Of a DNA stretch of 64,000 nt, positions 1 through 10,196 are shown one piece after another; within the stretch, counting starts at the first letter, position 1, and every line of letters starts with the position of its first letter. The notes beneath the pieces were generated by a model. That model searched no databases, was not told the DNA's origin, and saw only the letters and a list, made by a program, of their open reading frames with translations. Source of the DNA: Bacteroidota bacterium (GTDB taxonomy: Bacteria > Bacteroidota > Bacteroidia > AKYH767-A > 2013-40CM-41-45); NCBI GenBank assembly GCA_031385005.1, contig JANNBB010000026.1, forward strand, positions 35,669 to 99,668, written 5' to 3'. Both the position numbers and the translations under genes were made by a program.

Positions 1-641
1 AAAGACTGGTGGAAGATGTTCAATCGTTTAAAATCGGTCCGACAGAAGATTTGGGAAATTTCTTCAATGCGGTAATTGATGAAAAGTCATTCGACAAACT
101 GGCGAAATACATTGACGATGCGAAACAAAGCAAGGATGTTGAAATAATCGTTGGAGGCACCTATGATAAATCAAAGGGCTACTTCATTCATCCGACAGTT
201 CTTGTTTCGAAAGATCCATTTTATGTGACGATGTGCGAAGAACTATTCGGTCCGGTACTGACTATTTATATTTATGACGACAATAAGTTCGATGAAATTT
301 TAGAAATCATCGATCAGACAGGCATTTATGCCTTGACGGGAGCCATCTTCTCGCAAGACCGCTATGCCATTGATAAAGCGAGCGCCAAACTGGTTCATGC
401 AGCAGGTAATTTTTACATAAACGACAAATGTACGGGAGCAGTCGTAGGACAACAACCCTTTGGAGGCGGACGCGCATCCGGAACCAACGATAAAGCAGGA
501 TCGATGATAAACCTGTTACGTTGGGTATCTCCTAGAACGATAAAAGAGACCTTCGTGCCGGCTACAGATTACCGTTACCCGTTTTTAGCCGAAGAAGTTC
601 AAAAAGGATCCCCAAAAATGGAAAAGGAAACAGTTCGCTAA
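1..641 (+). CDS. pruA: 1-pyrroline-5-carboxylate (glutamate-semialdehyde) dehydrogenase, aldehyde dehydrogenase superfamily. C-terminal part only; the 5' end lies upstream of the window.
   Basis: The ORF runs in from the left edge. The translation shows ALDH-superfamily C-terminal motifs (EELFGPVL, GAIFSQD, QQPFGGGRASGTN) typical of RocA/PruA-type P5C dehydrogenases. Confidence 0.8.
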   Translation, partial: RLVEDVQSFKIGPTEDLGNFFNAVIDEKSFDKLAKYIDDAKQSKDVEIIVGGTYDKSKGYFIHPTVLVSKDPFYVTMCEELFGPVLTIYIYDDNKFDEILEIIDQTGIYALTGAIFSQDRYAIDKASAKLVHAAGNFYINDKCTGAVVGQQPFGGGRASGTNDKAGSMINLLRWVSPRTIKETFVPATDYRYPFLAEEVQKGSPKMEKETVR

Positions 642-751
642 TTTCAACAATGAATTGTTATTATCCTTATTCAGGTAATTAGTAAAAAGTAGAATTCATT
701 CAAGTATCTTTATTCAAATTCATCTTGATATTGCTCCGTTGAAATTTCAAT

Positions 752-1090
752 TTGAAAAAGCAGGTTATGAAAAAAAATAAATTCATTATTCCAAAACGTT
801 ACTTACCACTCTTCAAGAATAAGTTTACGCTGACGCTTTTGGGTTTTTTAATCTGGCTCAGCTTTTTCGATAGAAATGACTTCATCACCACCTGGAGCTA
901 CCACAACAAACTGGAAAGTTTGATTTCCGAAAAGCAATATTTTGAAGATGAAATAAAAAAGAACAAGGAAGATCTGAACAACCTTTTAACCAATCACAAG
1001 ACCATGGAAAAATTTGCCCGTGAGCATTATCTGATGAAAAAAGATAATGAGGATATTTATGTGATTGTGGAGGAAAAACAGGGACCTTGA
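752..1090 (+). CDS. Septum formation initiator family protein (FtsB/DivIC-like)
   Basis: 112 aa with one N-terminal TM helix (LTLLGFLIWLSFF) followed by a coiled-coil region (EKQYFEDEIKKNKEDLNNLL). Size and architecture match Bacteroidota FtsB-like proteins. Confidence 0.65.
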   Translation: MKKQVMKKNKFIIPKRYLPLFKNKFTLTLLGFLIWLSFFDRNDFITTWSYHNKLESLISEKQYFEDEIKKNKEDLNNLLTNHKTMEKFAREHYLMKKDNEDIYVIVEEKQGP

Positions 1091-1255
1091 AAGGAGGGAT
1101 TGATTGATTGTTTGATAGTTGTCGTTTAAAAATTTAGCATCAGCGAAATCATTTAATCAGTTAAATCAAAGTTTAGACATCCTATAGTACTTGATAACCG
1201 ACAAGGTCCTGCAAGATGACAAACATTTTTTTATTGATATAATGGAGGAGGATTG

Positions 1256-2809
1256 CTAGTACTCGCCAAAAATTCGCCTCATCGCATCCGAAATCTCCCC
1301 CAATGTCGCCAGATTTTCTACAGCATCAATAATAACCGGCATCAGGTTTGTTCCATCCTTGGCTGCTTGTTCAATATTCTGTATGCAAACTTTCACCTTT
1401 GCATTTTCTCTTTCCGCCTTTAGTTTTTTCAGTTTTTCAATCTGTAGTATGCGGATAGAGTCATTCACCGAAAATATTTTATCGAAGGCGGGCTCTTCCA
1501 TGGTGTACTGATTGACACCGACCAATATTTGTTCTTTCTTTTCGATAGATTGCTGATAGGCATAAGAAGAATTCCCAATTTCATTTTGCATAAAACCGGC
1601 TTCGATGGCACTGACTGCTCCACCCATAGCATCAATTCGAAGAATGTAGTCCATCGCTTTTGCTTCCAGTTCGTCGGTTAATGACTCAATAAAATAGGAG
1701 CCGGCAAGAGGATCCACGGTATCTGCTACCCCACTTTCATAGGCAATTACCTGCTGCGTTCTCAAAGCGAGACTTGCCGCTTCTTCCGTTGGCAAACTCA
1801 ATGCTTCGTCGTAGCCATTGGTGTGTAAGGACTGCGTTCCACCTAACACGGCCGACAAGGCTTGTAAAGTCACACGCATAATGTTATTCATCGGCTGTTG
1901 AGCCGTTAACGTAGAGCCGCCTGTTTGTGTATGGAAGCGAAGCATCATCGCCTTCGGATCTGTAGCTCCGAGTTCTTTCATGATATGCGCCCACATCCTA
2001 CGTGCCGCACGAAACTTGGCCGTTTCCTGAAATACGTTGTTGTGCGCATTGAAGAAAAATGAAAGTCGTTTTCCAAAAACATTTATATCCAAACCTTTTT
2101 CAAGTGCGGCCTTCACATATGCTTTTCCATTGGCCAACGTAAACGCTAATTCCTGAACTGCAGTAGATCCCGCTTCACGAATGTGGTAACCGGAAATAGA
2201 GATTGTATTCCATTTAGGAACTTCCTTGCTGCAGTATTCGAAAATATCCGTGATAATACGCATCGATTGCTTGGGAGGATAAATATATGTTCCGCGAGCC
2301 GCATACTCTTTCAACAAATCATTCTGTATCGTTCCGGTAATTTTCTTCAAATCCGCTCCCTGTTTTTTCGCGAGAGCAATATAAAATGCAAGCAAAATCG
2401 AAGCAGTGGAATTGATCGTCATCGACGTGCTGATCTTCTCCAACGAAATTCCTTCAAATAAAATCTCTATATCCCGAAGAGAATCTATTGCCACTCCTGC
2501 CTTACCCACTTCGCCTTCCGATAAATCGTGATCGGAATCGTATCCTATTTGTGTGGGTAAATCGAATGCAACGGATAATCCCGTAGTTCCCTGATTCAAT
2601 AAAAAATGATACCGCTTGTTGGAGTCTTCCGCCGTTGAAAAACCGGCATATTGCCGCATTGTCCACAATTTACTGCGATACATATCTTCCTGTACTCCGC
2701 GGGTAAAAGGAAATTCACCGGGCATCTCCTTTGCCGTTTCGTGAGTGGAATAAACCTGCTTGATTTCAATTCCGCTTTCTGTTACAATTTTCTTTTTCGT
2801 CGGTTCCAA
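1256..2809 (-). CDS. Methylmalonyl-CoA mutase family protein, catalytic (substrate-binding TIM-barrel) subunit. No cobalamin-binding domain.
   Basis: 517 aa. MCM N-terminal domain motifs are present ([68 protein letters not shown]). The protein ends where full-length MutB begins its linker and B12 domain. Confidence 0.85.
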   Translation of the reverse strand: MEPTKKKIVTESGIEIKQVYSTHETAKEMPGEFPFTRGVQEDMYRSKLWTMRQYAGFSTAEDSNKRYHFLLNQGTTGLSVAFDLPTQIGYDSDHDLSEGEVGKAGVAIDSLRDIEILFEGISLEKISTSMTINSTASILLAFYIALAKKQGADLKKITGTIQNDLLKEYAARGTYIYPPKQSMRIITDIFEYCSKEVPKWNTISISGYHIREAGSTAVQELAFTLANGKAYVKAALEKGLDINVFGKRLSFFFNAHNNVFQETAKFRAARRMWAHIMKELGATDPKAMMLRFHTQTGGSTLTAQQPMNNIMRVTLQALSAVLGGTQSLHTNGYDEALSLPTEEAASLALRTQQVIAYESGVADTVDPLAGSYFIESLTDELEAKAMDYILRIDAMGGAVSAIEAGFMQNEIGNSSYAYQQSIEKKEQILVGVNQYTMEEPAFDKIFSVNDSIRILQIEKLKKLKAERENAKVKVCIQNIEQAAKDGTNLMPVIIDAVENLATLGEISDAMRRIFGEY

Positions 2810-2833
2810 TTCAATTTTGTTTGAAAAAATAAA

Positions 2834-3400
2834 CTATCCCAGAATTTTTTTCGCTTCCAGCTTGATAAAATCAATTGCTTTTTGTGAAGGAACATTTTCC
2901 ATATTCAACACTTGTTCAAATATCTGTGCACTCATCTGAATACTGGATGCATTGGGACCTACATGACTAAAAGCATTGTTTATGATGCGGATTATTTCCT
3001 CCTTCGCATCCTTCACTTCTTCCCAGGCCTCTTCACTGACATAAATTTGCTGCGAATGATTGTGTTCGAATTCCGCACGGATGGTCATGACGAGCTCTGA
3101 CTGCAATTGTGCCGCCGACATTCCTCCCCGGTGAACCCTCACGAGCAAACTATTTGGAGAAATCCTTTCCAGAAAAAGAACCAGCCTTTCCATCGCTTGT
3201 AATTTCAATGGCATAGACTGACGTTGCTTCTCATTTCTATCTTCCACGGCTTTCATTTGCAACTCACGTTCAAGAAATTTCTTCAATGTAGCATGCTGAT
3301 TATCGATAAACCTTTTTATAACCATATACATCCCCAACATCACAATCAATGCCGGCACGAAATACAATAAAACTTCTCCAATTGGTTTGATAGAATCCAT
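2834..3400 (-). CDS. Hypothetical membrane-anchored protein
   Basis: 188 aa with a single N-terminal TM helix (LLYFVPALIVMLGMYMVI) and the remainder predicted helical. It sits 24 bp upstream of the MCM gene and 10 bp downstream of the nucleotidyltransferase gene on the same strand, so it is likely co-operonic. Confidence 0.5.
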   Translation of the reverse strand: MDSIKPIGEVLLYFVPALIVMLGMYMVIKRFIDNQHATLKKFLERELQMKAVEDRNEKQRQSMPLKLQAMERLVLFLERISPNSLLVRVHRGGMSAAQLQSELVMTIRAEFEHNHSQQIYVSEEAWEEVKDAKEEIIRIINNAFSHVGPNASSIQMSAQIFEQVLNMENVPSQKAIDFIKLEAKKILG

Positions 3401-3410
3401 ATCTTATTTT

Positions 3411-4598
3411 TTACCAGGCCCTGTAATTTGTAGTACTGTCGAATAAACTTCTAATAATATCCTGCTCGATTTCATTCAAGTCGAGGTGTCGTCTTTCATA
3501 AACCCTCTTAGCTACATCCAATGCATCTTCTAATCGATAGGTAATAAATCCTTCCGACCCACCCCAGGCAAATGATGGAACAAATTTAGGAGGAAACCCG
3601 TTGCCAAAAATATTCGCACTCACTCCTACCACCGTTCCTGTATTGAACATGGTATTGATGCTACACTTTGAATGATCTCCCATAATCAGTCCGCAAAACT
3701 GCAAACCTGTATTGATATAATCTTCTTCTTTATAATTCCACACTTTTATCTTCGAGTAGTTATTCTTTAGATTCGAATTATTGCTATCTGCGCCCAGATT
3801 ACACCACTCTCCTAAAACAGAATTTCCCAGAAAACCATCGTGTGCCTTATTCGTAAAACCAAAAATGACCGAATTGCTGATCTCTCCTCCTACGCGCGAT
3901 TGAGGTCCAACCGTTGTAGATCCGTAAATCTTCGCCCCCATCTTTACTTGCGATCCTTCGCACAATGCAAAGGAGCCGCGAATCATAGCACCTTCCATTA
4001 TCTCAGCACCTTTTCCAATATACATATATCCTCCGGAAGCATTCAGAATAGCACATTCCACTAGGGCCCCTTCTTCCAGAAATATTTTATCAGAAGAAAT
4101 AACCGTATTCGTTTTACTAATTTCCGCCGACCTACGTCCTTTAGTTAACATTAAAAAGTCGCTACTTAATGCCTCATCGTTTTTAGAGAAAATATCCCAG
4201 TTGAAATTTATTTTCGAAAAAGAGGAAACACAATTTTTTACCGATACAAATTCAACATCAGCCATTTTTTCTACACCACTGATATCAGCATCCATCCTTG
4301 CCGCAACAAGTACACCTTCTTTCATCAGCTTCTCGCCGGATTTCAGACTGTTTATTTCTTCTACCAGTCCGACATTCGGTAAAACGGAACCGTTCAAAAA
4401 AATATTTTTGGTTCCTGAAGAAAAAGAAAATTTTTTGCTCAGGTATTTTTCCGTCAAATAAGAATAATCACCCGGTAACATCCACTTCCATTTTTCCGAA
4501 ATCTTCAGAATCCCGATACGGATTTCCGAAACGGGCCGGGTATGAGTAAAAGGCAATAAACTCTGCCGGGATTCATCATCAAATAAAATACAATGCAT
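3411..4598 (-). CDS. GlmU-like putative sugar nucleotidyltransferase with a left-handed beta-helix (hexapeptide repeat) C-terminal domain
   Basis: 395 aa. The N-terminal nucleotidyltransferase-like fold is followed by hexapeptide-repeat runs (GAEIMEGAMIRGSFALCEGSQVKMGAKIYGSTTVGPQSRVGGEISNSVI). Confidence 0.65.
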   Translation of the reverse strand: MHCILFDDESRQSLLPFTHTRPVSEIRIGILKISEKWKWMLPGDYSYLTEKYLSKKFSFSSGTKNIFLNGSVLPNVGLVEEINSLKSGEKLMKEGVLVAARMDADISGVEKMADVEFVSVKNCVSSFSKINFNWDIFSKNDEALSSDFLMLTKGRRSAEISKTNTVISSDKIFLEEGALVECAILNASGGYMYIGKGAEIMEGAMIRGSFALCEGSQVKMGAKIYGSTTVGPQSRVGGEISNSVIFGFTNKAHDGFLGNSVLGEWCNLGADSNNSNLKNNYSKIKVWNYKEEDYINTGLQFCGLIMGDHSKCSINTMFNTGTVVGVSANIFGNGFPPKFVPSFAWGGSEGFITYRLEDALDVAKRVYERRHLDLNEIEQDIIRSLFDSTTNYRAW

Positions 4599-4640
4599 AG
4601 TAATTGAAATTAGAACAAGGAAGCTCGGTAAAAATAGGTA

Positions 4641-4678
4641 ATAAATAAAAAAAGTCCGCTCAAAAAATGAGTGGACTC
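4641..4678 (-). terminator. Rho-independent terminator downstream of rpmE2 (minus strand)
   Basis: 10-bp stem AGTCCGCTCA / TGAGTGGACT (one G.U) with an AAAAA loop. An A-run lies on the plus strand upstream, which gives a U-run after the hairpin on the minus-strand transcript. Confidence 0.6.
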
Positions 4679-4724
4679 TTATTAATTTTCAGAACGTTAT
4701 CTGAATCAATTGCGGGGCAATGAA

Positions 4725-4988
4725 TCAGGATTTTACTTCTTGTTTCTTAGCATAACGGGAACGGAATTTATCGACACGACCTGCTGTATCGATTAACTTC
4801 ATCTTTCCGGTATAAAAAGGATGAGACATCTGACTGATTTCTAATTTAACCAGTGGATAGTCTTTTCCATCAGTCCATTTTATCGTATCTTTTGTCTCTA
4901 CGGTTGAGCGCGTTAAAAAGGCATAATCACATGATATATCCTTAAAAACGACCATTCTATAATTCTGCGGGTGCAAATCTTTCTTCAT
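4725..4988 (-). CDS. rpmE2: 50S ribosomal protein L31, type B (lacks the zinc-ribbon cysteines)
   Basis: 87 aa. The N-terminus reads [17 protein letters not shown]...FLTRSTV, and the CxxC zinc-ribbon pairs are absent. Confidence 0.85.
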   Translation of the reverse strand: MKKDLHPQNYRMVVFKDISCDYAFLTRSTVETKDTIKWTDGKDYPLVKLEISQMSHPFYTGKMKLIDTAGRVDKFRSRYAKKQEVKS

Positions 4989-5229
4989 GATTATTCAAAA
5001 TTTGGAATGCAAAAGTAGGAATATTTTCCACTTTTCCAAAGAAAAAATCAAAGTTTTTTAATGTTTTCAACCTCTATTCAATAGCAAAATTTTTTGAAAA
5101 ACAATGGAATATCTCACTCTTTTTGAGACATTTTTGATGATTTTGGTATTGACTTGAAAACACCTGTATCTTATCTTCGGGAACTTTAAAAAACTTAACA
5201 CACCACCTAACCCCTACGACTGAGTTTCT

Positions 5230-5237
5230 TATTTTTG
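5230..5237 (+). promoter_or_regulatory. Bacteroidota sigma-A -7 element (TAnnTTTG)
   Basis: TATTTTTG lies 44 nt upstream of the preferred DUF349 start codon. Confidence 0.35.
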
Positions 5238-5280
5238 CTTTGCGCAAAAATACTTGCAACTTAGATACCTGTCCATTCAA

Positions 5281-6981
5281 ATGAAGGAAGAATTATTACA
5301 ACAACTGGAAGATTTACTCAAAGAGGATTTTTCCGACGAAACCACCAGCAAGGCTGATGAGATTAAAAATCAGTACCTGAAAGCATGCGATGATGTCAAC
5401 AACGAAAAACTACAGTCATTCCTTGTCGAAGGCGGACTCGCAGAAGATTTCGAACCGGCCAAAGATCCGCTCGATGTAAGATTCGGCGAACTCATGCATA
5501 TCTTATCGGATCGCGAATCGAAGTTCAAAAAAATAAAAACGTCCGAAGTTACTTCCAAACTCAAAGAGAAAGAAAAAGTAATCACCGACCTTGAAAAACT
5601 GATCGCCGAAGAAACCAATATAGGTAAGGCTTTTCATGCTTTTAAGGAATTGCAGACCAAATGGAATGAAATAGGGAACGTGCCTTCCAAAGAATATAAA
5701 AACGTTCAGAGTATTTACCATCGTCATGCACACAACTTCTATTACAACATGAAGTTGAGCAAAGATTTACGCGAACTGGACTTTAAACGCAACTTCGAAC
5801 AACGATCCCAGCTTTTGGTAAAAATTGAATCACTCATTCCTATGGAATCCGTCAAAGGTATCGAGCGTCTCATCACTCTTTACCGGATGGAATGGTCGGA
5901 ACTCGGTCCAACTGCACCTGAAACTATCGAACCGCTTCGTACCAAATACCGCGAACTCATCGGACAGGTTTACCAGAAAATCCGTGCTTTTTATCAGGAA
6001 AGACAGAAAGAAGAAGTCGTCAATATAGAAGAAAAGAAAAAAATTCTTGAACGTGCCAAAGGTATTGCAGAAGAGAATTTCGACAATGCCCGCCAATGGC
6101 AAACCATGACGGATACTTTTAATGGCCTGTTCGAAGAATGGAAAAAAATCGGTGTCGGTCCGAAAGCCGAAAACGATAAGATTTGGGAGGAGTTTCGCGC
6201 TTCGATGAATGCATTCTATACTAAACGCCGCAATTACTTCTTAGACCTCAAGAAAGGTCAGAAAGAAAATAAAGACCGCAAAGTTGCTATCATCGCCAAA
6301 GCAGAAGAAATAGCTAAAAAGACTCACGAAAGTTTCGAAGAACCTACCAAAGAAATCCTTCAATTGCAAAATGATTGGAAAAGTGCAGGTCATGTCGATC
6401 AATGGGAAGAAAACAAATTGTGGAAAAAATTTCGTGATGCCTGCGATCTATTCTTCAATGCCAAACGTGAAAAATTCGGCGCTCGCGATGCCGAGCAAAT
6501 TAAAAATCTCGAGTTAAAAGAGGAACTCGTCACCCGCGTTCTGGCATTTGTTCCGGGCGAAAATCAGGATGAAAACATTAAAACATTGCGTGGCTTTTCT
6601 GAAGAATGGAAAACGATTCAGCATGTTCCAATTAAAGACAAACAACGCATCTGGGAAAAATTCAAAAAAGCCCTCGACGACTGTTACGATAAACTCAAAA
6701 TGGAATCCGGTCAGCGTCACCTGTTGAAATTCCGCAGCAACGTTGAATCGCTTCACCAGTCGCAGGATTCCGGCAACCTTTTACTTAAAGAAAAAAATTC
6801 TTTGCGTGAAAAAATTAAAAAACTTCAAGCAACTATCAATCAGTATGAAAACAATTTAGGTTTCTTCAGAAGTTCGAAAAACATGGCTCCCCTACTCGTC
6901 GAAGTGGAAAGCAATTTGAAAAGAGCCAAGGACGAAATGGAACTTTTACAGAAAAAACTTAAAATGTTTGCGGAGGTCTAA
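5281..6981 (+). CDS. DUF349 domain-containing protein (repetitive helical protein)
   Basis: At least four repeats of a Trp-anchored motif: KWNEIGNVPSKEYKNV, EWKKIGVGPKAENDKIWEEFR, DWKSAGHVDQWEENKLWKKFR and EWKTIQHVPIKDKQRIWEKFK. The MKEELL start at 5281 is preferred over the upstream ATG at 5254. Confidence 0.75.
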   Translation: MKEELLQQLEDLLKEDFSDETTSKADEIKNQYLKACDDVNNEKLQSFLVEGGLAEDFEPAKDPLDVRFGELMHILSDRESKFKKIKTSEVTSKLKEKEKVITDLEKLIAEETNIGKAFHAFKELQTKWNEIGNVPSKEYKNVQSIYHRHAHNFYYNMKLSKDLRELDFKRNFEQRSQLLVKIESLIPMESVKGIERLITLYRMEWSELGPTAPETIEPLRTKYRELIGQVYQKIRAFYQERQKEEVVNIEEKKKILERAKGIAEENFDNARQWQTMTDTFNGLFEEWKKIGVGPKAENDKIWEEFRASMNAFYTKRRNYFLDLKKGQKENKDRKVAIIAKAEEIAKKTHESFEEPTKEILQLQNDWKSAGHVDQWEENKLWKKFRDACDLFFNAKREKFGARDAEQIKNLELKEELVTRVLAFVPGENQDENIKTLRGFSEEWKTIQHVPIKDKQRIWEKFKKALDDCYDKLKMESGQRHLLKFRSNVESLHQSQDSGNLLLKEKNSLREKIKKLQATINQYENNLGFFRSSKNMAPLLVEVESNLKRAKDEMELLQKKLKMFAEV

Positions 6982-7133
6982 TCGCCCCTTTGCTTTTTAT
7001 TTTTTGATAAATAATTGTTGAAATGAATTTTCTTTGAAATACGTTTCAAATTTAAATTTATTCGTGTTTCTTGCGTTTCAATTGAACCACTAACCAATTC
7101 TGTGTACCTTCGGATTTTAAGGGTAACCTGCTC

Positions 7134-8603
7134 ATGCGAATTCTGATCATCGTTTTACTTTCCTATCTTCTTTTAAACTCCTGCAAGAAAGAAGAATTTG
7201 CTTCCGGTAATGTAGAACTTTCCTTTTCAGAAGATACCATAATTTTCGACACGGTATTTACCAGTGTTGGCAGCGCCACGCAGGTATTCACCGTTTACAA
7301 TCCCGATAAAAAAGATGTTAAAATATCATCCATACGCTTAGCCGGAGGAGATAATTCAAACTTCCGGCTCAATGTAAATGGTATTCCCGGTAAATCATTT
7401 ACGGATGTTGAAATTGGTGGCAAAGACAGTATTTTTATTTTCATCGAAGTAACCGTAGATCCTAATAATGGAACAACTCCACTCGTCATATCTGACTCCA
7501 TTTTATTCAGCACGAATGGATTTCTTCAGGACTTAGACCTCGTCGCCTGGGGACAAGATGCTTATTTTCACCGTCCGCCTGCTAACTCCGAAATCGCTCC
7601 TTTCTTCTTTCTCAATTGCAATGACACATGGAATAACGACAAACCTCACGTTGTTTATGGTTTTGCCATGGTCGATTCTTCCTGCACACTTACTGTGAAT
7701 GCCGGTACGAATGTGCACTTTCATCCCGGCTCCGGACTCATCATTTTGAATTCCGCTACATTCACCGTTAACGGAACCTTGCAGGATAAAGTCACTTTTC
7801 AGGGCGACCGCCTGGGAGAAGATTACAAAGACATTCCCGGACAATGGGACAGAATCTGGCTTTCCAATTTAAACTTACGAAGCAATGTCATCTCACCGGG
7901 AACTATTAACTCTTCGATAAAAAATGCCGTCATTAAAAATGGAACTATCGGACTTTTAGTAGATACTGTTTTCAATAACAATGCAAATACTTTTACACTC
8001 GAACTCGAAAACACCATCATCAAAAACATGTCATCCCATGCCATCGCACTTCGGGGCAGCAAGGTGAATGCATACAATTGTGTTTTCGCGAATTGCGGCG
8101 CTCAAAATGCCAATATCCTTTTCGGCGGAGTTTACAACTTCTACCATTGCACTTTTGCTAACTTCTGGAACAATTCTCAACGCGATCAACCCGCAGTTTC
8201 TCTGAACAACTACTTCGATCTAAATCTTCGCTCGTTAAATGCATATTTTGGGAATTGCATCATCTATGGCAACAACGACAACGAACTCGATCTTGATTCT
8301 TTTCCAATCGGCAATCTCTTTAACTTTAAGTTCGACCATTCTTTACTTAGAGTTGAAAGCGCTTTTCCTACTTCCGATCCGAATCGATATGCATCCATCT
8401 TAAAATCATTCAGCAGCTTCAACAATCCCCTCTTCAAAGACATCGACAACAACGATTACCAACTCGACTCGCTAAATAGTCCCGCAATTAATTCCGGCGA
8501 TATTACAATTACCAACCTCAGTCCAATCTTAAACAACGACATCTTAGGCAATTCCCGCCTCAATCCTCCTGCTCCTGACATGGGCGCTTATGAAAGGCGT
8601 TAA
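7134..8603 (+). CDS. Lipoprotein with predicted right-handed parallel beta-helix repeats (polysaccharide lyase/pectin-lyase-like fold)
   Basis: Lipobox LLNSC follows the signal peptide. The body is rich in Asn/Gly/Thr repeats (NAVIKNGTIGLL, NCVFANCGAQNANILFGG, NCIIYGNNDN) typical of beta-helix proteins. Confidence 0.55.
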   Translation: MRILIIVLLSYLLLNSCKKEEFASGNVELSFSEDTIIFDTVFTSVGSATQVFTVYNPDKKDVKISSIRLAGGDNSNFRLNVNGIPGKSFTDVEIGGKDSIFIFIEVTVDPNNGTTPLVISDSILFSTNGFLQDLDLVAWGQDAYFHRPPANSEIAPFFFLNCNDTWNNDKPHVVYGFAMVDSSCTLTVNAGTNVHFHPGSGLIILNSATFTVNGTLQDKVTFQGDRLGEDYKDIPGQWDRIWLSNLNLRSNVISPGTINSSIKNAVIKNGTIGLLVDTVFNNNANTFTLELENTIIKNMSSHAIALRGSKVNAYNCVFANCGAQNANILFGGVYNFYHCTFANFWNNSQRDQPAVSLNNYFDLNLRSLNAYFGNCIIYGNNDNELDLDSFPIGNLFNFKFDHSLLRVESAFPTSDPNRYASILKSFSSFNNPLFKDIDNNDYQLDSLNSPAINSGDITITNLSPILNNDILGNSRLNPPAPDMGAYERR

Positions 8604-8627
8604 CATTTTTTCTAAACCCACCTTAGC

Positions 8628-9230
8628 TTGAACGGACTATTTTCCATTGCCTATTTTCCACCGATTTCATATCTCCTAAATTGTTTGCATGCCGATGAAA
8701 TTTGCCTCGATCAGCACGAACATTTCGTAAAGCAAACCTACCGAAACAGATGCTGTATCTATGGCGCCAACGGAAAACAAGCACTCATTATTCCTGTAGT
8801 TCATACAGATCTATTTCGAATTCCAATTCGCGAAGTCAAAATGTCTTTCGATTCTCCCTGGAAAAACATTCACTGGAAAGCGATTTGCTCGGCCTATAGA
8901 AATTCACCTTACTTTGAATTTTACGAAGAAGAGCTGAAAAATATTTTTCAAACTGAAAACCAATTATTATTTGATTTTAATTTTTCCATTCTGCAAAGCA
9001 TGCTCAAACTCTTTCTTTTGAAAAAAACTGTTTCATTAACGACTGAATACCAAAAAGAAGTTACCGGCTATGTAGATTTTCGAAAAACCATCCATCCAAA
9101 ATCGACAACTCTTTCAATCCCTTCCTACCAACAGGTTTTTGGTGAGCGAAATGGATTTCTGAACGATCTTTCCTGTCTCGATTATTTATTCAATGAAGGA
9201 AACGATTTAACAAAAATATCAGAGCGATAA
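8628..9230 (+). CDS. WbqC family protein
   Basis: 200 aa. The N-terminus SIAYFPPISYLLNCLHADEICLDQHEHFVKQTYRNRCCIYGANG matches the WbqC-like family. Confidence 0.7.
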   Translation: MNGLFSIAYFPPISYLLNCLHADEICLDQHEHFVKQTYRNRCCIYGANGKQALIIPVVHTDLFRIPIREVKMSFDSPWKNIHWKAICSAYRNSPYFEFYEEELKNIFQTENQLLFDFNFSILQSMLKLFLLKKTVSLTTEYQKEVTGYVDFRKTIHPKSTTLSIPSYQQVFGERNGFLNDLSCLDYLFNEGNDLTKISER

Positions 9231-10196
9231 GATCTCCGCTATACGCATCAATTCTCCGGGAAAAACTTTTTTATTACTTGTCACTTCTTCCAATGAAGTA
9301 AAGACAATAGAATTGTTGATCAAGCCGACCATCTGGTTGGTGCGACCATCTTTCAAGGCTTCTACAGCTGCAACACCAAACCTCGAAGCGAGAACACGAT
9401 CCGAACAGGTCGGGCTACCACCTCTTTGCAAATGGCCCAATACTGAAACTCTAGTATCGTATTGTGAAAAGCGTTCCTTCACTTCTTCGGCGATATCATA
9501 AGCACCACCTGAATCATCGCCTTCGGCAACAACAACGATCATTGAAGATTTTTTTCTCTGCCAACCACGCTCCAGCACTTTTACCAATTGGTCGATACGT
9601 GTTTCTGTCTCGGGTATAAGAATTGCTTCTGCTCCACCACCTATTCCACTGTACAAAGCAATCATTCCGGCATCCCTACCCATAACTTCAACAAAAAATA
9701 AACGGTTATGCGAATCAGCAGTGTCTCTGATTTTATCTATTGCCTGAACGACTGTGTTCAATGCCGTATCGAATCCTATGGCCACATCTGTTCCATAAAT
9801 ATCGTTGTCAATCGTTTTCGGAATTCCCATACAAGGAATGGAATACTCACCCGTAAAAACATTCAGTCCTCTGAACGATCCATCTCCTCCTAAAACAATC
9901 AATGAATCAATTCCTTCTTTGATTAAATTATCATACGCTTTCTTTCTCGATTCCTTGTCTTTAAACCTTTCGCTTCTGGCCGTTTTCAGAATCGTTCCGC
10001 CACGCTGAAGAATATTACTTACATTTTGCGATGATAAACCAATAAACTTTCCGTCTATAAGTCCGTTATAACCTTCCAGCACTCCGGTAATTTCCAGGTT
10101 ATGATAGTTCGCTGTTCGAACAACAGCGCGGATGGCCGCATTCAAACCCGGACAATCACCGCCGGTTGTCAGCACACCCAATTTTTTATTTTTCAT
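9219..10196 (-). CDS. pfkA: ATP-dependent 6-phosphofructokinase
   Basis: Motifs GVLTTGGDCPGLNAAIRAVV, GGDGS and MGRDAG. The start at MKNKKLGV is preferred, which gives an 11-bp overlap with the upstream gene. Confidence 0.9.
   Translation of the reverse strand: MKNKKLGVLTTGGDCPGLNAAIRAVVRTANYHNLEITGVLEGYNGLIDGKFIGLSSQNVSNILQRGGTILKTARSERFKDKESRKKAYDNLIKEGIDSLIVLGGDGSFRGLNVFTGEYSIPCMGIPKTIDNDIYGTDVAIGFDTALNTVVQAIDKIRDTADSHNRLFFVEVMGRDAGMIALYSGIGGGAEAILIPETETRIDQLVKVLERGWQRKKSSMIVVVAEGDDSGGAYDIAEEVKERFSQYDTRVSVLGHLQRGGSPTCSDRVLASRFGVAAVEALKDGRTNQMVGLINNSIVFTSLEEVTSNKKVFPGELMRIAEILSL

Noticed and set aside
2183-2461. 92-aa plus-strand ORF antisense within the MCM gene. Similar short antisense ORFs occur at 2912-3100, 3840-4064, 4201-4549, 5370-5733, 5825-6102, 6514-6756, 7295-8077, 8264-8452 and elsewhere.
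   Set aside because: They lie entirely inside longer, motif-supported genes on the opposite strand, have no recognisable domains, and have low-complexity composition. They are artefacts of six-frame translation in AT-rich DNA.
5074-5280. 68-aa minus-strand ORF in the rpmE2 / DUF349 intergenic region
   Set aside because: No RBS or promoter context and no recognisable motif. It overlaps the likely divergent promoter region and a -7 element for the DUF349 gene.
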